NCBI GenBank assembly: GCA_964016885.1
Contig: OZ024743.1
Span: forward strand, 365,676,001-365,740,000
Reading direction: 5' to 3'
DNA: 64,000 nt
Origin: Eledone cirrhosa
Taxonomy: Eukaryota
The translations under genes and the position numbers were made by a program. Positions 44,731 through 60,423 of this stretch are shown here, in pieces. The number at the start of each line of letters is the position of its first letter. The stretch's first letter is position 1. Below the pieces are notes generated by a model that saw nothing but the letters and a program-made list of their open reading frames with translations, did no database searches and was not told where the DNA came from.

Positions 44731-45040
44731 ATGATGTACATAGTAAAGATATTCACCAGCTTTATGGTAAAATTGGGAAGTATGTTTATCTAAATCTAGT
44801 TTTATGCCTAAAAGTTTAATAATTCTATCATTATTAGTCATATTTCTTAAAGAAATCTATGCATACTTTTTTCTTGCCCTCTCTAAAGCTGAGTTAGTGT
44901 AAGTTTCAAATGTGAAGAGAGTGTCGTGTTTTGTTCATATAATTAATTAAGCAATAATATATGTCTGCTTAAGATGTGGAAGCAACGTGCGTTAATTAAA
45001 ATATAATATAATTAAGCGCTTTGGGTCTTGTTTATCAATG

Positions 45041-47064
<2,024 letters not shown>

Positions 47065-47068
<4 letters not shown>

Positions 47069-47379
47069 GACAGGGGGGAAGAAAAAATGGCTTCACTTGT
47101 GCTTTCAACAAATTTATTTTCTTCACAAAATCCAAAAAGAATTTTTTTCCGGATTAGAAAAAATTTTTTTTCTTAAAAAAAATTATTTTATAAATTAAGT
47201 TGTTGGTTGTTTATAAAATAATTTTTTTTAAGAAAAAATTTTTTTCTAATCCGGAAAAAAAAAAAAATTATTTTTGGATTTTGTGAAGAAAATAAATTTG
47301 TTGAAAGCACAAGTGAAGCCATTTTTTCTTCCCCCCTGTCTTAATATACCTAACTGTACCAAGGATTACACACATTTTC

Positions 47380-47382
<3 letters not shown>
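47065..47382. repeat. Fold-back between (TA)n tracts
   Basis: Arms ~47065-47194 and 47210-47346. Confidence 0.85.
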
Positions 47383-47415
<33 letters not shown>

Positions 47416-47416
<1 letters not shown>

Positions 47417-47887
47417 AATGAGATGAGCTGAACAAGCAAGCATTAAACAATCTTTTAAATAAATTAAAATACGATTTAAATAATCACCTGTTCAAAATGC
47501 TGTTACCGACGGTTTCACTTCACAAAAGATTGGAAATTCAGAGAATTTCCAATGGAAAGATCCATTCTTCAGACAGCTATTTCCATTCTATAGAGCATAA
47601 AGCTGCACAGTTTGTAAATATATCGCTTACTGCCCGATGTATGAGGTCAGGCCATTAAAGCGACCCACACATAAATAGCAGCAAGATACAACATTTTCTT
47701 CTCTACACAAAGGAAGAATACATAAAATGAGATTAATATACCCACAGGTACTAAGTACCTACGGAAATATATAGGGTGTCTATAATACAATTGTTGTTCA
47801 AAGGTACTAATTTGAGATACCAGAACTATAAAAATGAGATGAGCTGAACAAGCAAGCATTAAACAATCTTTTAAATAAATTAAAATA

Positions 47888-47891
<4 letters not shown>
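47416..47891 (-). mobile_element. Terminally redundant hammerhead-bearing element (retrozyme/pLTR-like)
   Basis: Identical 60-bp direct repeats 47416-47475 and 47832-47891; (TA)n on both sides. Confidence 0.75.
47499..47577 (-). ncRNA. Type I hammerhead ribozyme with extended helix II
   Basis: gctgt-CTGAAGA-[attggaaattc tct gaatttccaat hairpin]-GAAA-ccg t cgg-TA-acagc. Confidence 0.75.
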
Positions 47892-47951
<60 letters not shown>

Positions 47952-47956
47952 AATTA

Positions 47957-48017
<61 letters not shown>

Positions 48018-48024
<7 letters not shown>

Positions 48025-48309
48025 GTGAGGTTTTTTACAAAATGAAAAATAACCGAGGTGTCCTACACGAGTGAAAGTATAAAGAAAAAAAGATGAAATC
48101 GAAAATGCAACTGCAGTCTTATTTAAAAAAATATATATATATTTATTTGGTTCCTTTACAGGTTTCGCAGTTCTTCTGCTTTTCAAAAGTAGAGTTGAGA
48201 TGGAGGGTCTGTGGTTTTTAAAACCACAGACCCGGTAAAGGAACCAAATAAATATATATATATTTTTTTAAATAAGACTCCAGTTGCATTTTCGATTTCA
48301 GCTTATTTC

Positions 48310-48313
<4 letters not shown>
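48018..48313. repeat. Second fold-back of the 45102-47032 family
   Basis: Centre gggtctgtggttttt/aaaaccacagaccc; right arm has an internal deletion. Confidence 0.8.
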
Positions 48314-48343
<30 letters not shown>

Positions 48344-48349
<6 letters not shown>

Positions 48350-48550
48350 AAATTCAAGACCCCGACGGCTGAGCTCCGCCCATTTCAACAGCTAGATCCG
48401 AACAGTTCGGATCTAGCTGTTGAAACAGCCGGAGCTCAGCCGTCGGGGTCCTGAATTTTTTCATAATACCTACTCCACTACCCCAAGCATCGAGTACTCT
48501 GGTGACTAACGGTCTAACTAGTTTTTACCACCTCCAATCTGATACATTTA
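48344..48550 (+). repeat. Hairpin element of the gacggc-gagctc family
   Basis: Hairpin 48344-48464 plus tail similar to 24140-24210. Confidence 0.8.
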
Positions 48551-48654
48551 TTATAGTAATAATAATTACAAAGACCAAAATCCGAGGATTCAGAAGATCC
48601 CATAGTAGGGTGAAGTTCTTTTCTTAAACTTTAATCTGTACTACTACTAATAAT

Positions 48655-49060
48655 AATAATGATTTCTAGTATAGGCACAAGGCCAGTAATTTGGGGGAGG
48701 GGAAAGTCAATTAATCGATCCCAGTACGTTACTGGTGCTTTATTTTATCGACCCCGTATAGATGAAAGGCAAAGTTAACTTCGGCAGGTTTTGAACTCAG
48801 ACCGTAAAGGGTTTTAACTCTATGCTGCAAAGCATGGCGACCGACCCTCTACTGATTCTGCCAATCCAACGCTTAATAATAATAATAACAACAATAATAA
48901 TAATGGCACAAGGCCAACAATTTGGGGGCGAGGGGAAAGTCAATTAAATCAACCCCAGTGCATTACTATATTTTATCGACCCCGTAAGGATAAAAGGCAA
49001 AGCTAACCCCGGTGGGTTATGAACTCAGAACATAAAGGGGCGTAACTATATGCTGCGAAG
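48655..49060 (-). mobile_element. Two SINE family A-related copies with (TAA)n flanks
   Basis: ggcacaaggcca...ttttatcgaccccgta..gat.aaaggcaaag...gaactcaga twice. Confidence 0.75.
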
Positions 49061-49237
49061 TTAATATATATATACATATATATATTTATTAAAATAACAG
49101 ATTAAAGTTTAAGCAAAGAATCGCTGCTTTCACCCTTAACGGGATCTTATATATATATATGTATATGTATAAGTATACATATATATATAGAGAGAGAGAT
49201 AAATATACACGGGTGTGTATGATTGTGTATAGAAGAT

Positions 49238-49324
<87 letters not shown>

Positions 49325-49345
49325 AAGTTATATTTAAAATTGTTG

Positions 49346-49885
49346 GGTTACAACTAGTAAATATTTATAACTGATATAAAAGCACTCGACAAATATTTGG
49401 AGTATATTTACAATATTAAATAAATGGAAAACTATATTTATAAAACCATATTTATTTCATTATATATATTTCGGGGATATCATATTAACAATATGCTATG
49501 CCTTCATCAGACAAAATACAATATAAACAGTTTTATAGATAAATATATTCGACATACCGTAATAAACATCAACTTCATTTGGAGAGGTTTACGCTAGCAG
49601 TGAAAATACAGAGAGAAAGAAAGAGAGAAAGAAAAGAGGGAAAAAAGAAAGAAAGAAAGACAGAACGAAGAGAAGGAAGAAAAAGAAAAAGAAGAAAAAA
49701 GAAAAAGAAGAAATGCATGGAACAAAATAGAGAGATGGAAAAATAGATAAAGCGAAGAGCTTCATGTAAAGAGACAGAAAGAGATATATATATATAGAGA
49801 GAGAGGAAATAGAGATAGATACATATATATATATAGAAAATTAGGTAGTGGGAGGTCATTTTGAGTAAGTGTATCAATGATACAT

Positions 49886-49920
<35 letters not shown>

Positions 49921-51380
49921 GCTCAAGTATTAATGTAAGGGAGAAATATAGAGAGATATAGAGAGATATAGAGAGAGAAAAAATTTAAAAAATTTAAAAA
50001 TTTAAAAATAGCCAGACATATTCGAGGCGTAGAAAACCCTATGTTTTAATGTATTAGTATTTATAAAACTTACACTATACTGTAAATATCAGTATTCCTG
50101 AATGAAACAAGTATTCACAATGTGTGAAAATTCATTATCTTATGTTTAGTTTTAAAAAATTCATATGTTTATGTGACAGCTACAAACATCAATGTGAATC
50201 CAACTGATTCACTCCGCAAATTCTAAGTTACCGGAAAACATTCTCAATGTGGTATAAAAATTTGAGCATATTCAGTTGTTGCAAGTTGTTGCAAGCATAG
50301 ATTAAACTCAACGTTTAAATATAAATTTAAATTTAAAATGTAGTATATTTAGTTTGATTTATATTTATATGAGAACTAGCCGATAAATCTTTTGATTCCT
50401 AAATCTTTGATTCCCTCTTTTTACTCTTTTTATTGTTTAATTTATTTTATTTATTTTTATTTTTATCTAAACATTCCTCATGAAAAATTAAGCTACCCTA
50501 AAAGCCGATGCTCCAAATTTTTTGAATTAACCTTACACTAGATAAACTTCTATATTAAATATAGGAACATATGTAGACATTATTGGACATCATAATCTTT
50601 TTTGCGATATTCTTTGCTAGATGTGATTTGATAGATAATTTTTGGCTTTGTCTTGTAATGAACTTGGCAATATATTGTCAATTAACTTTGAAGGGTTGTT
50701 CTTTTTGGTTTATTTTCATTTTTATTTTTATTTTTATTTTTATCTTTATTCTTTTAGTATTGTAGTATTCTATAATATTTTTATTTTTTATTTTATTTTT
50801 AATATTTTTATATGTAAATTTTTAATACGTAATATTTTTTAATACGTATTTTTAATATGCAATATTTTTATTATGTAATATTCTTTCGTAATATCTTTTT
50901 AGTTTTCTATTCTATATTTTTATATATTTTTACTTATTATTATTATTATTGTTATCTTTGTTTATAATATAATATATATTTTCGATTAGTATATTGAAAT
51001 CTGCTCTCTATTTTCTGCTTGATAGATAATCTTGTAGAGTAATCGCAAGAATAATAATATGCTCAAATTTTTATACCACATTGAGAATGTTTTCCGGTAA
51101 CTTAGAATTTGCGGAGTGAAGCTGTCACATAAACATATGAATTTTTTAAAACTAAACATAAGATAATGAATTTTCACACATTGTGAATACTTGTTTCATT
51201 CAGGAATACTGATATTTACAGTATAGTGTAAGTTTTATAAATACTAATACATTAAAACATAGGGTTTTCTACGCCTCGAATATGTCTGGCTATTTTTAAA
51301 TTTTTAAATTTTTTAAATTTTTTCTCTCTATATATCTCTCTATATCTCTCTATATTTCTCCCTTACATTAATACTTGAGC

Positions 51381-51419
<39 letters not shown>

Positions 51420-51890
51420 ATGTATCATTGATACACTTACTCAAAATGACCTCCCACTACCTAATTTTCTATATATATATATGTATCTATCTCTATTTCC
51501 TCTCTCTCTATATATATATATCTCTTTCTGTCTCTTTACATGAAGCTCTTCGCTTTATCTATTTTTCCATCTCTCTATTTTGTTCCATGCATTTCTTCTT
51601 TTTCTTTTTTCTTCTTTTTCTTTTTCTTCCTTCTCTTCGTTCTGTCTTTCTTTCTTTCTTTTTTCCCTCTTTTCTTTCTCTCTTTCTTTCTCTCTGTATT
51701 TTCACTGCTAGCGTAAACCTCTCCAAATGAAGTTGATGTTTATTACGGTATGTCGAATATATTTATCTATAAAACTGTTTATATTGTATTTTGTCTGATG
51801 AAGGCATAGCATATTGTTAATATGATATCCCCGAAATATATATAATGAAATAAATATGGTTTTATAAATATAGTTTTCCATTTATTTAAT

Positions 51891-51896
<6 letters not shown>
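49346..51896. mobile_element. Non-coding PLE-like fold-back with ~850-bp arms
   Basis: 49409-50272 is the near-identical reverse complement of 51056-51896; (TA)n outside both ends. Confidence 0.85.
51791..51846 (+). ncRNA. Hammerhead core (mirror copy on minus strand ~49459-49514)
   Basis: CTGATGA-agg cat agcatatt gtt aatatg atatcccc-GAAA-tatata. Confidence 0.55.
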
Positions 51897-51970
<74 letters not shown>

Positions 51971-52380
51971 AAGAAAAGTAATAAAAACAACACAAAATAG
52001 TATCGAAAGAGCCACGAAGGATTCTTTTGACATTAGGGAGGTTTTTATGTCATAATCTATTAGATCTGCATGCAAGTAGTTACTCAACACAAAAGAATAA
52101 CAATGATAAAATGCAAGACAGAAATAACAAAAACAACACGCATAGATCAATGGACACTGTTGCTGGTAGCCATTTGTAAAGCGATTACTCTTCACCCTAT
52201 TTTAATTGTCAATGACATCACTCGACGCTTTTTACTTTCTGTCTCTATTTCCTTCTTACATACTTTCTTTTTCTTTTCTTTCTTTCCTTTCCTATTTTGG
52301 TATTTTCTTCACTGAATTCCTATTAGTCTTTTCATACATCATGTTTCACTCCGAGGTAGGGTTGACATGAACAACTTGCA

Positions 52381-52417
52381 TATGTTACGTTTCGGAAATA
52401 TATGCGAAAATATTTTA

Positions 52418-52461
<44 letters not shown>

Positions 52462-52870
52462 GTTTGTTTATTTATAACTATATTCGATATTACCTATCCT
52501 TGAAGAGTTCTCGCATTTTTTTCTAAAAGCCTCCAATCAACCGTGGGAGTAGCCATTTTCTTTTCAGGTTGAATGAAGGTGCATAAACCAACGAAACTTA
52601 AGTGCCTGTATATGATACTGTTGTAACTAATTATATATTATATATATATATATATATATTTCGCATATATTTCCGAAACGAAACATATATAATTAGTTAC
52701 AACAGATTTATATACAGGAACTTCAGTTTCGTTGAGTTATACACCCCAATTCATTCAAACTATTATACGAAAAGAAAATGGCGACTCCCTCGATTGATTG
52801 GAAGTTTTTAGAAAAAGAAGGCGAGAGCTCTTCAAGGGCAGATAATATCGAATATAGCAATAAATAGACA
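52381..52870. repeat. Interleaved, diverged inverted repeats around TA runs
   Basis: 52381-52412 vs 52656-52689, and 52470-52636 vs 52687-52870. Confidence 0.7.
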
Positions 52871-53184
52871 CAGGTTTTGGATAGTGTAAAGTGAGATAAC
52901 TATAAAAAGATTCCAAAGGCTGAAATTCAAATTAATTAGTTATTCAAAGAAATCAAATTCCTTGAAATTAAAATTACGTAGTCTGGTCTATACCATTTTC
53001 TCAGAATGAATTTCGCTTCGTCTGAACAGCGACTAAAGCAGTCATCGCAGGTATTTAAGCAGTATTTCGCTGATGCCAGTTGTGAGAGTATATTCCATTT
53101 TCCGAGTTACAAAGTCAAGGAAAACATAGTCTATGACCTAGCAAATGCATATGGGGCCTCAGACGATAAGGACAGTTGTGGCCA

Positions 53185-53360
53185 GAACGCAAGGCTCCTG
53201 AAAAGCGATCTGGCACCACTAGGACGAGATCATCACCGACTTCCTCCGCCTTGATGCCAACGGCTACGCAAGGATGCTGGACGAACACGTCAAGCCCTGG
53301 ATGAACAGGGTGGCTAATGGGAGGCTCTATGTCTTTCGACAGTACTCCACCCCCGCTCGT
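53185..53360 (+). pseudogene. Tc1/mariner-type transposase remnant
   Basis: LDEHVKPWMNRVANGRLYVFRQYSTPA resembles the VKPW...YVFQQDSAPAH DDE segment. Confidence 0.6.
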
Positions 53361-53592
53361 GTGCGCGCGCGTGTATATTTTGTTTACATGTATGTATATA
53401 TTCCCGCTCGTGTCAGGCAATATTTTGGTGATACATACGTACATACATATATAATGAAGATACGTACATGCATAAATGCATACATACACATATTAAATTA
53501 TAACAGGTATTTTATATATTATATCGAAAATTGTTGAACACCTTTCTAAACTATGCACGAAAACATTTTCTCAATATATATTTGGAAAATGT

Positions 53593-53650
53593 CTCCTCCT
53601 CCTCCTCCTCCTCCTCCTCCTCCTCCTCCTACTACTACTACTACTACAAT

Positions 53651-53725
<75 letters not shown>

Positions 53726-53728
53726 CAT

Positions 53729-53782
<54 letters not shown>

Positions 53783-53817
53783 AACTGCTACTGCTGCTGC
53801 TGCTGCTGCTGCTGTTG

Positions 53818-53866
<49 letters not shown>

Positions 53867-53886
53867 AACTGCTGCTGCTGCTGCTG

Positions 53887-53957
<71 letters not shown>
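53593..53957. repeat. Compound (CCT)n(ACT)n(GCT)n microsatellite
   Basis: Direct reading. Confidence 0.95.
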
Positions 53958-53958
<1 letters not shown>

Positions 53959-54626
53959 AAGCTTGTTTGTGTCTTTTAACGTTGATTTTCGATAGTTGAT
54001 TGTGTTTCTTTAAAGTTTTACACAAAAAAACGAACGGTATTTGTGTATCTGAAATCGTATCTCGATGGTTTATGCAACACTCTGGTTTCAGTGTCAGATA
54101 ATTACATTGTTTTATAAAGGAGTAAGTTTGAAATAGCTTTCCCCTTCGTGCATGCTGATCAACGTCACATATCTATGTACAAATCTCTTATACGCATATG
54201 TTTATGAGGAACATAAATTTGTCTCTAGAGGGAAATGTATGCATTTATTTTAATATAAAGCGTTTCGTGATGGAAAGAGATTGATAGAGCTCAGTAATAA
54301 AAAGGGAAAATTAGAGAGGTAACGTGATATAATAAGTGAGGTATATACAGGGAGGCGTAAGAGATAGGAAAGGAAGAGACGATTTTTCAAAATGATCTTC
54401 GTCTTCTTTTTGTAGTTCGTAGAGATAAATGGAAGAAATTTTCTTTGGCAGCAAAACTACGAACTATAGAAAGTAGACGAAGTACATCACAGAAGTCATT
54501 GCTCGATTTCAATTATGGACAAAATGAACCGGTAAACCACAACAAGAAATATAAGAACAAAAACTAGAAGCAAAGCACGATGTAAAGATAATAAAAAAAG
54601 ACTGGAAGATAACAAAATGGAACACA

Positions 54627-56105
54627 TCCTCTTAAAGCTTTCGAGAGAATTGGAGAGACGTGACTGCAGGCGGTGTCTTTGAGCGACAGCCGAGCCCTGG
54701 ATAAGACCGTATGGATACTGAGTGTGGCGTCGTGGAATTCGGCCTCTCCGTAGCTAAGGTTCATCCCTCGGATTTAGATAGGTTGATCTCGATCCGAGGA
54801 GCCTTAGAGTTGGGATGATTAGCCGAAGCTTCTCAACTACCGTCTCAGCCGAGCCACCCAGTGTCATGTCGTCCAGGTTCCAAACGTTAAAGAGCGACCG
54901 AACAGAGCTGGCAACCTATTCAAAGCACGCAGACCCGTCGCGAATGGCAGAGAGGCTGTGCCTCATTTACGCTCATCCGGCGCTCTTCCTCTTGAGAAAC
55001 TGCTTCGCTCTGCCAAAATTCCTGTTCACGCTGCGCGGAGCAGCTTGTAAGCCCACGCAGGTCACCTAGGTGAACTCGACGCTACCATCCGATATTGTGT
55101 GGAATTCATCTGCAATGTCAGTTTCGACAGCGCTGGCTAGCAACAGGCGAAGTCCCCAGCAAGGATCGGTGGCCTCATAGTCCGACCCGCTTCCGATCTT
55201 GTACTGCTGGTCTACCTCTGCTCATTCTCCTCCAGTCGCACCCACCTCAGCGATTTCCTCAGTAAGATGACCGTACATGACGTAGCCCCAGAACTTGAGC
55301 AGCCTTTGGCTGACTGGACAGTCGAAGGAGTCTCTGTCCCTCCAGAATACACATATCCAATGTAATTGGAACGACATGAAGTCTTCCTTCAGGCGGATCG
55401 AATCTGGCTTGGACCAACACCACCTCGCCTGCCTCCGCTCCACAGCCAAACAGTGGTGCGTGGCTCAATTCGGTGCCCTCATCACAACCGGTGCCCTTCT
55501 TGGTGACAAGTGCACTCGCATCGGAGTGGCCCAATGACTCAGCCTCCGCATGTGTGAGCCACACAAATGCCGTTGTGGGACTGTGATTGACTAGTTTGGC
55601 CTGCATCCACTGTCTTACTGCCAGGGTACAGGCCTGTTCCCTCGATTCGTCGCTCTCAACGACATATTAAGGAGGGGCCTGGATACAGCTGGCTTCCTGT
55701 CACAACAAATACTAGGGATTGTTCGGCTGCTTCCTCTTCACACCGGTCACCGTCGAGACCTCAGGCGTACCTGGACCCCATACTACCGAGCTGCTATGTA
55801 AAATCGGAACGTCAGCAGCCCGTCTGAGGAAGGAGCCGCGTGAGGTGGGGTGGCTGTTGCAGCAGGTGTCATTGGACATTGTCCGGAGAAACGCCTTTAC
55901 AGTTCTGTCCGCGGAGCGCAGCCCCAATACCACACTAGGCCCAGAGCCCATCATTCTCTCACTCTATCCTTCACTTTCTTCTGTATCTCAAGAGTCCTTG
56001 TGTTTTCCCTCCTTTCCCTGTCATTTATGGCATTTTTAGTCCTTCCCTTTACTTTGCCATGCAGACAGATATGCCCTTCCACTTTTTCCCATTAATTTTA
56101 TTTTT
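54627..56105 (+). mobile_element. CRE-like RLE non-LTR retrotransposon, decayed, with inverted 5' segment
   Basis: + strand: HPALFLLRNCFALPKF, PARIGGL, PHKCRCG...HPLSYC, FTPVTVETSG...LLQQVSLDIVRRNA; - strand 54627-54922: FNVWNLDDMTLGG. Confidence 0.75.
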
Positions 56106-56550
56106 ATCTTTCGTGTTCATGTAATTATCAATGGTTTTAAAGCCAACTTTGAGGGTTCAGCCACCGGTATTTTGTATGATCATTCTGTAGCATCAACCAC
56201 TGACATCAATGAATTCAAGTAATAAATGTTTACAATTTCAAAGGAGGAAATGGAGAAATAAACATTGTCCTGTTTGCGGATATTATACTAGTTATTTTAT
56301 TGTATTTTATAGTGACTCGAAATTTGACGAAACTTGATAATACATTTAATGTAAATTAGTATTCCAATTACTCGGGAGCCTTACGTTACGATTGTACCAC
56401 TTCAGCGTTATATTGCAAAATAACAATAACTGAGTAAAACATATATACTCTATACATTAGGACTACTCTTTTCTTCCCTATTTAAATGCGCGCACACACA
56501 CACATACACAAACACACACGCACACACACGCACACACACACACAGACACA

Positions 56551-56631
<81 letters not shown>

Positions 56632-56726
56632 TATATATATATATACATATAGTTGTATGGTTGCAAGAATATCTCCCGTAGGCGGTAAACCGGTTGAGCA
56701 CACAATGTTCGTGCAGAGCAGAGTAT

Positions 56727-56970
56727 AATACTATAAGAGTAAAGGAACAGTGTTGCATCATAACATATTTAATAACATATTACATATGTTTCACTATCTT
56801 CACGCATAGAATTGGAGACAAGATCACAAGATCACATATCTGACGGTCTTTCGAGTCAGATTCGATCTATAATAGGTCTTTCCTCGAGCTGATCGATAGT
56901 GAAACATGTAATATGTTATTAAATATGTTATGATGCAACACTGCATCCTTGTTCCTTTACTCTTATAGTA
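56727..56970. repeat. Fold-back containing hammerhead-like motif
   Basis: Arms 56727-56797 and 56896-56970; catat-CTGACGG...GAAAC-at-GTA-atatg at 56835-56915. Confidence 0.8.
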
Positions 56971-57061
56971 TATATATATATGTGTGTGTGTGTGTCTGTG
57001 TGTGTGTGTCTGTGTGTGTGTGTGTGAATTTCGTACATATAAAGATATACGGTATGTTTAA

Positions 57062-57429
57062 AAAATAAATATTTAGAAAGCCTCAGCTATGAATAGAAGT
57101 CTGACGGTCAGCGCTGCACAGCAGAGTCCAGCAGAAGCAAGGGGGATAATTGTCTATGGATTTCGAACTTATGGTCTCATCAGGACAATGCTTCCCTCTT
57201 CCCTACTGCTGGACTTTGAGAGAGTCGAAAATATATAGTTTTTTCGACTGTGTAAATGGGCTGATTAGCCTCATTTGCATACGAAGCTGTATGAGTTGAC
57301 TCAACTTAAAATAGAATTAAAATTTAGCTTCGGCATAGCTGTATATAAATATGTGTGTTTTTCATATATCTAATCCTCCTTGCTCTTGCTGGACTCCGCT
57401 CATAGCTGAGGCTTCCTAAATGTTTATTT
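57062..57429. repeat. Diverged fold-back
   Basis: 57062-57148 is complementary to 57372-57429 with an indel. Confidence 0.7.
57149..57189 (-). ncRNA. Minimal type I hammerhead ribozyme
   Basis: attgtc-CTGATGA-gacc ataa gttc-GAAA-tcca-TA-gacaat; perfect 6-bp helix I. Confidence 0.75.
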
Positions 57430-57435
57430 ACCCTT

Positions 57436-57546
<111 letters not shown>

Positions 57547-57569
57547 GTATATATATATATATATATATA

Positions 57570-58218
57570 TTCAGAAACATAGACACACACATACACTTGC
57601 ACCATTTCCGCACACACGCAACTACGCACCTTACACGAACCCACATCACCTACAGACACACCACGCATCCTATTCTTTTAACCACACAAACACACACACA
57701 CATGCACATCTACACACACACCTACACTTCACCCCACACCGACTCCGGATTTGACACAATCTCGTCTCATCCCATCCGGCCCCCTCCATCCAAAACACAC
57801 CAACACCCATACAGGGACTATACACGCACAGACATATACTCCACTTTAACACACACACCTTACCTTCCCTCCCCACTCTCCCCCTCCACCCACCCCTATA
57901 TACTCTACCACACCCTTGCCATCCAGGACTCGTACTCCCCTCCCAACCCCTTCATTTTCCCTTTTTTTTAAATTCTGTTTTTATTTTTTTAATTCTGTTT
58001 TTATTTTAATTTTAATTTTTATTTATATTTTTATTTTTCCTGTCCTTTCGTGTTCTTCCTGTTATCTTCCCTCCTTACTCCCTCTGGGAGTTCCTCCATA
58101 CTTTCCCGATGAAGGACTTATGTCCGAAACGTCGTAACCTCTCCCACTCTCACGAAGCGTCAAGCTAATAACACTATGTACTATTGACTCCTGCGTTTGA
58201 TTGTTTGTCCTTTTGAAC

Positions 58219-58220
<2 letters not shown>
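57570..58220 (+). mobile_element. PLE-like 3' end with hammerhead-like core at 58106-58136
   Basis: CCGATGA-a-GGAC ttat GTCC-GAAAC-gtc-GTA, ~85 nt before a TA run. Confidence 0.55.
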
Positions 58221-58278
<58 letters not shown>

Positions 58279-58677
58279 CATGTATGTATATGTACGTATG
58301 TATATATATGTGTGTGTGTGTATGATGTGTTTATGTTTGATAAGCAACCGTAACCAATTTTCTGCTTATGGGTGGAGTAATTAGACATTCATTTTTATTC
58401 ATTTCCTGTTGATTGTCTGTTTACACTCAGGTAATCTAGGTACACGATTATAATACTATACTACATTTTCATTCATGTCTTAGTTTTATAAACATACAAT
58501 ATAGAGTACTTAATTTTAATTTAATTTTAAACTTCATTCTATGATTTGCATTGAAAATTCAACAAGTAATTCCAGCCTTGAATGAAAAAAATCTGTGTTA
58601 AAAGATGGAAACAGGAAGGGAAAATTATGCGATTTAAATGATACAAAAATATAATATGCTATAATATAATAAAATAT

Positions 58678-58761
<84 letters not shown>

Positions 58762-59717
58762 TGTGTGTGGTGGGATGTACTTATTTATATACCATCAACA
58801 TGCTTACAGTTTTACCGATTTACTTGCTAACACGTGGAGAATTGGGTGCTAGAGTCCGAGTAAGATCATATTTGGAATTACTGCTTTCTTCGACAAGTTG
58901 GGGACCACGCCTTGCTTGTACATGACAATTTTGGTATGGCTTCTACCCACTTTACTGAGTTTACTGGGTGCATTTTACATATTTATGTAGGAAAATACCA
59001 ACACAGTAAACAGCCCAGAGCACAACGAATGCTATAAAATAAAGCAATGTATAATACAATATATCTTAATCTGATATACGAAATAAAAACCTTTGAATAT
59101 ACGATGCGCATTAAAGATAGGAAACATTTTAATTTAGTTGGAGCGTTTTATACGACGTTCTCCCGCTAAGTATTTCAAGCTATTTCACATAAGATTCCTA
59201 ATTTTGAGGACAAAAATATAGCATGTGTGATGCATGGGGACACACACAAAAACAATTTGCTCCAAACAAGCCAAAATTTTATTTTGTTACCATTTATCTT
59301 TATGCAATGTTTTTTTTTAATGAAAAAGTAGAAACTTTTATTTAAATATTTCATAAGATCTAGCGAAACAACGTTTAATACTGTTACACATTTCAACCAA
59401 ACTAAATGGATTTTGTAGGGTGAGAACGCTTTAAATATGTTTATCTCATATATAAATTGCAAAGCCTTTGTGTACATTACTTCTATTGCTTGAAAAACGG
59501 TAAAACATGAAACTCACAACTGCAATATGGGGAATTACATCTCTACCTACATATATTGAGTGGGTATTTTGTTAATGTTTGAATGTTCTAAATGTATGTA
59601 TGTATGTATGTAGTGTATTTTTGTGTAATGATTAGTTACTGATGGTTCACCAGTCTGAACACTCAAACCTATTATTTTGATCCGGCTACCGATGTTGGAT
59701 TTTACGTATGTATATAT

Positions 59718-60117
59718 ATGACCCCTTAGCCTTTGTCAAGGCAGAATTCTAGGAGAAGAAAAACTCTGATATAACACCTGCAACCCTCATGGTATCCAAT
59801 GATGTTGACTTGTACTTCTTTTTGGTAAATATCATCTTGGTTAAGAGAGTGGGACTGGCTTTGTGCAGTGCCTTTGCTCACTATAAAAGCTTCACGGCAC
59901 AGGCATTGCTTTATATCTGGAGATCTCTCTGCACTTGTCGTCACATGGTACCATGGGCCTAGCACTATGTGTCAATAATTGTCACAGGTGTAGAGTTTGT
60001 ACCAGAGTTTTCAAGTCGCTGGCTGGACTAAAAAGTCACACGCGTTCAGCGCATCGGTAGGGGTTCTCCTACATGGATATAAAGTAGTGGCCGTACTCGA
60101 AAACGAGTTGGCAGCCA

Positions 60118-60121
<4 letters not shown>
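59718..60121 (+). mobile_element. Bipartite RTE-derived element, 5'-truncated copy
   Basis: Matches 20666-21069. Confidence 0.75.
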
Positions 60122-60165
<44 letters not shown>

Positions 60166-60380
60166 TATATATAAATGGAATAGAATGAAACCAAATTTCA
60201 TTTTTTCAATCTTAGTACGGCAGTTACGACTGAGTTTAGTCGGCCGAAGAGTGAGAAATGATATTTTCGGTGCGCCCGGCCGACTAAACTCACTCGATAT
60301 GCAAATTAGGCTGCTCAGCCGTTAATATGCATAAGGAAAGTATATACTTTCAGACGTTCAACCATCTGGCAGGAAGGTAT

Positions 60381-60423
60381 ACGATGCTCACGATAGCTAA
60401 TAAGCTTGAAACTCGTACATCGT
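60381..60423 (+). ncRNA. Type I hammerhead-like motif (variant core)
   Basis: acgatg-CTCACGA-tagc taataa gctt-GAAAC-tc-GTA-catcgt; 15-bp inverted repeat upstream at 60232-60290. Confidence 0.55.

Noticed and set aside
53531-54025. Poly-Thr/Tyr/Val mucin-like ORFs
   Set aside because: Compound trinucleotide microsatellite
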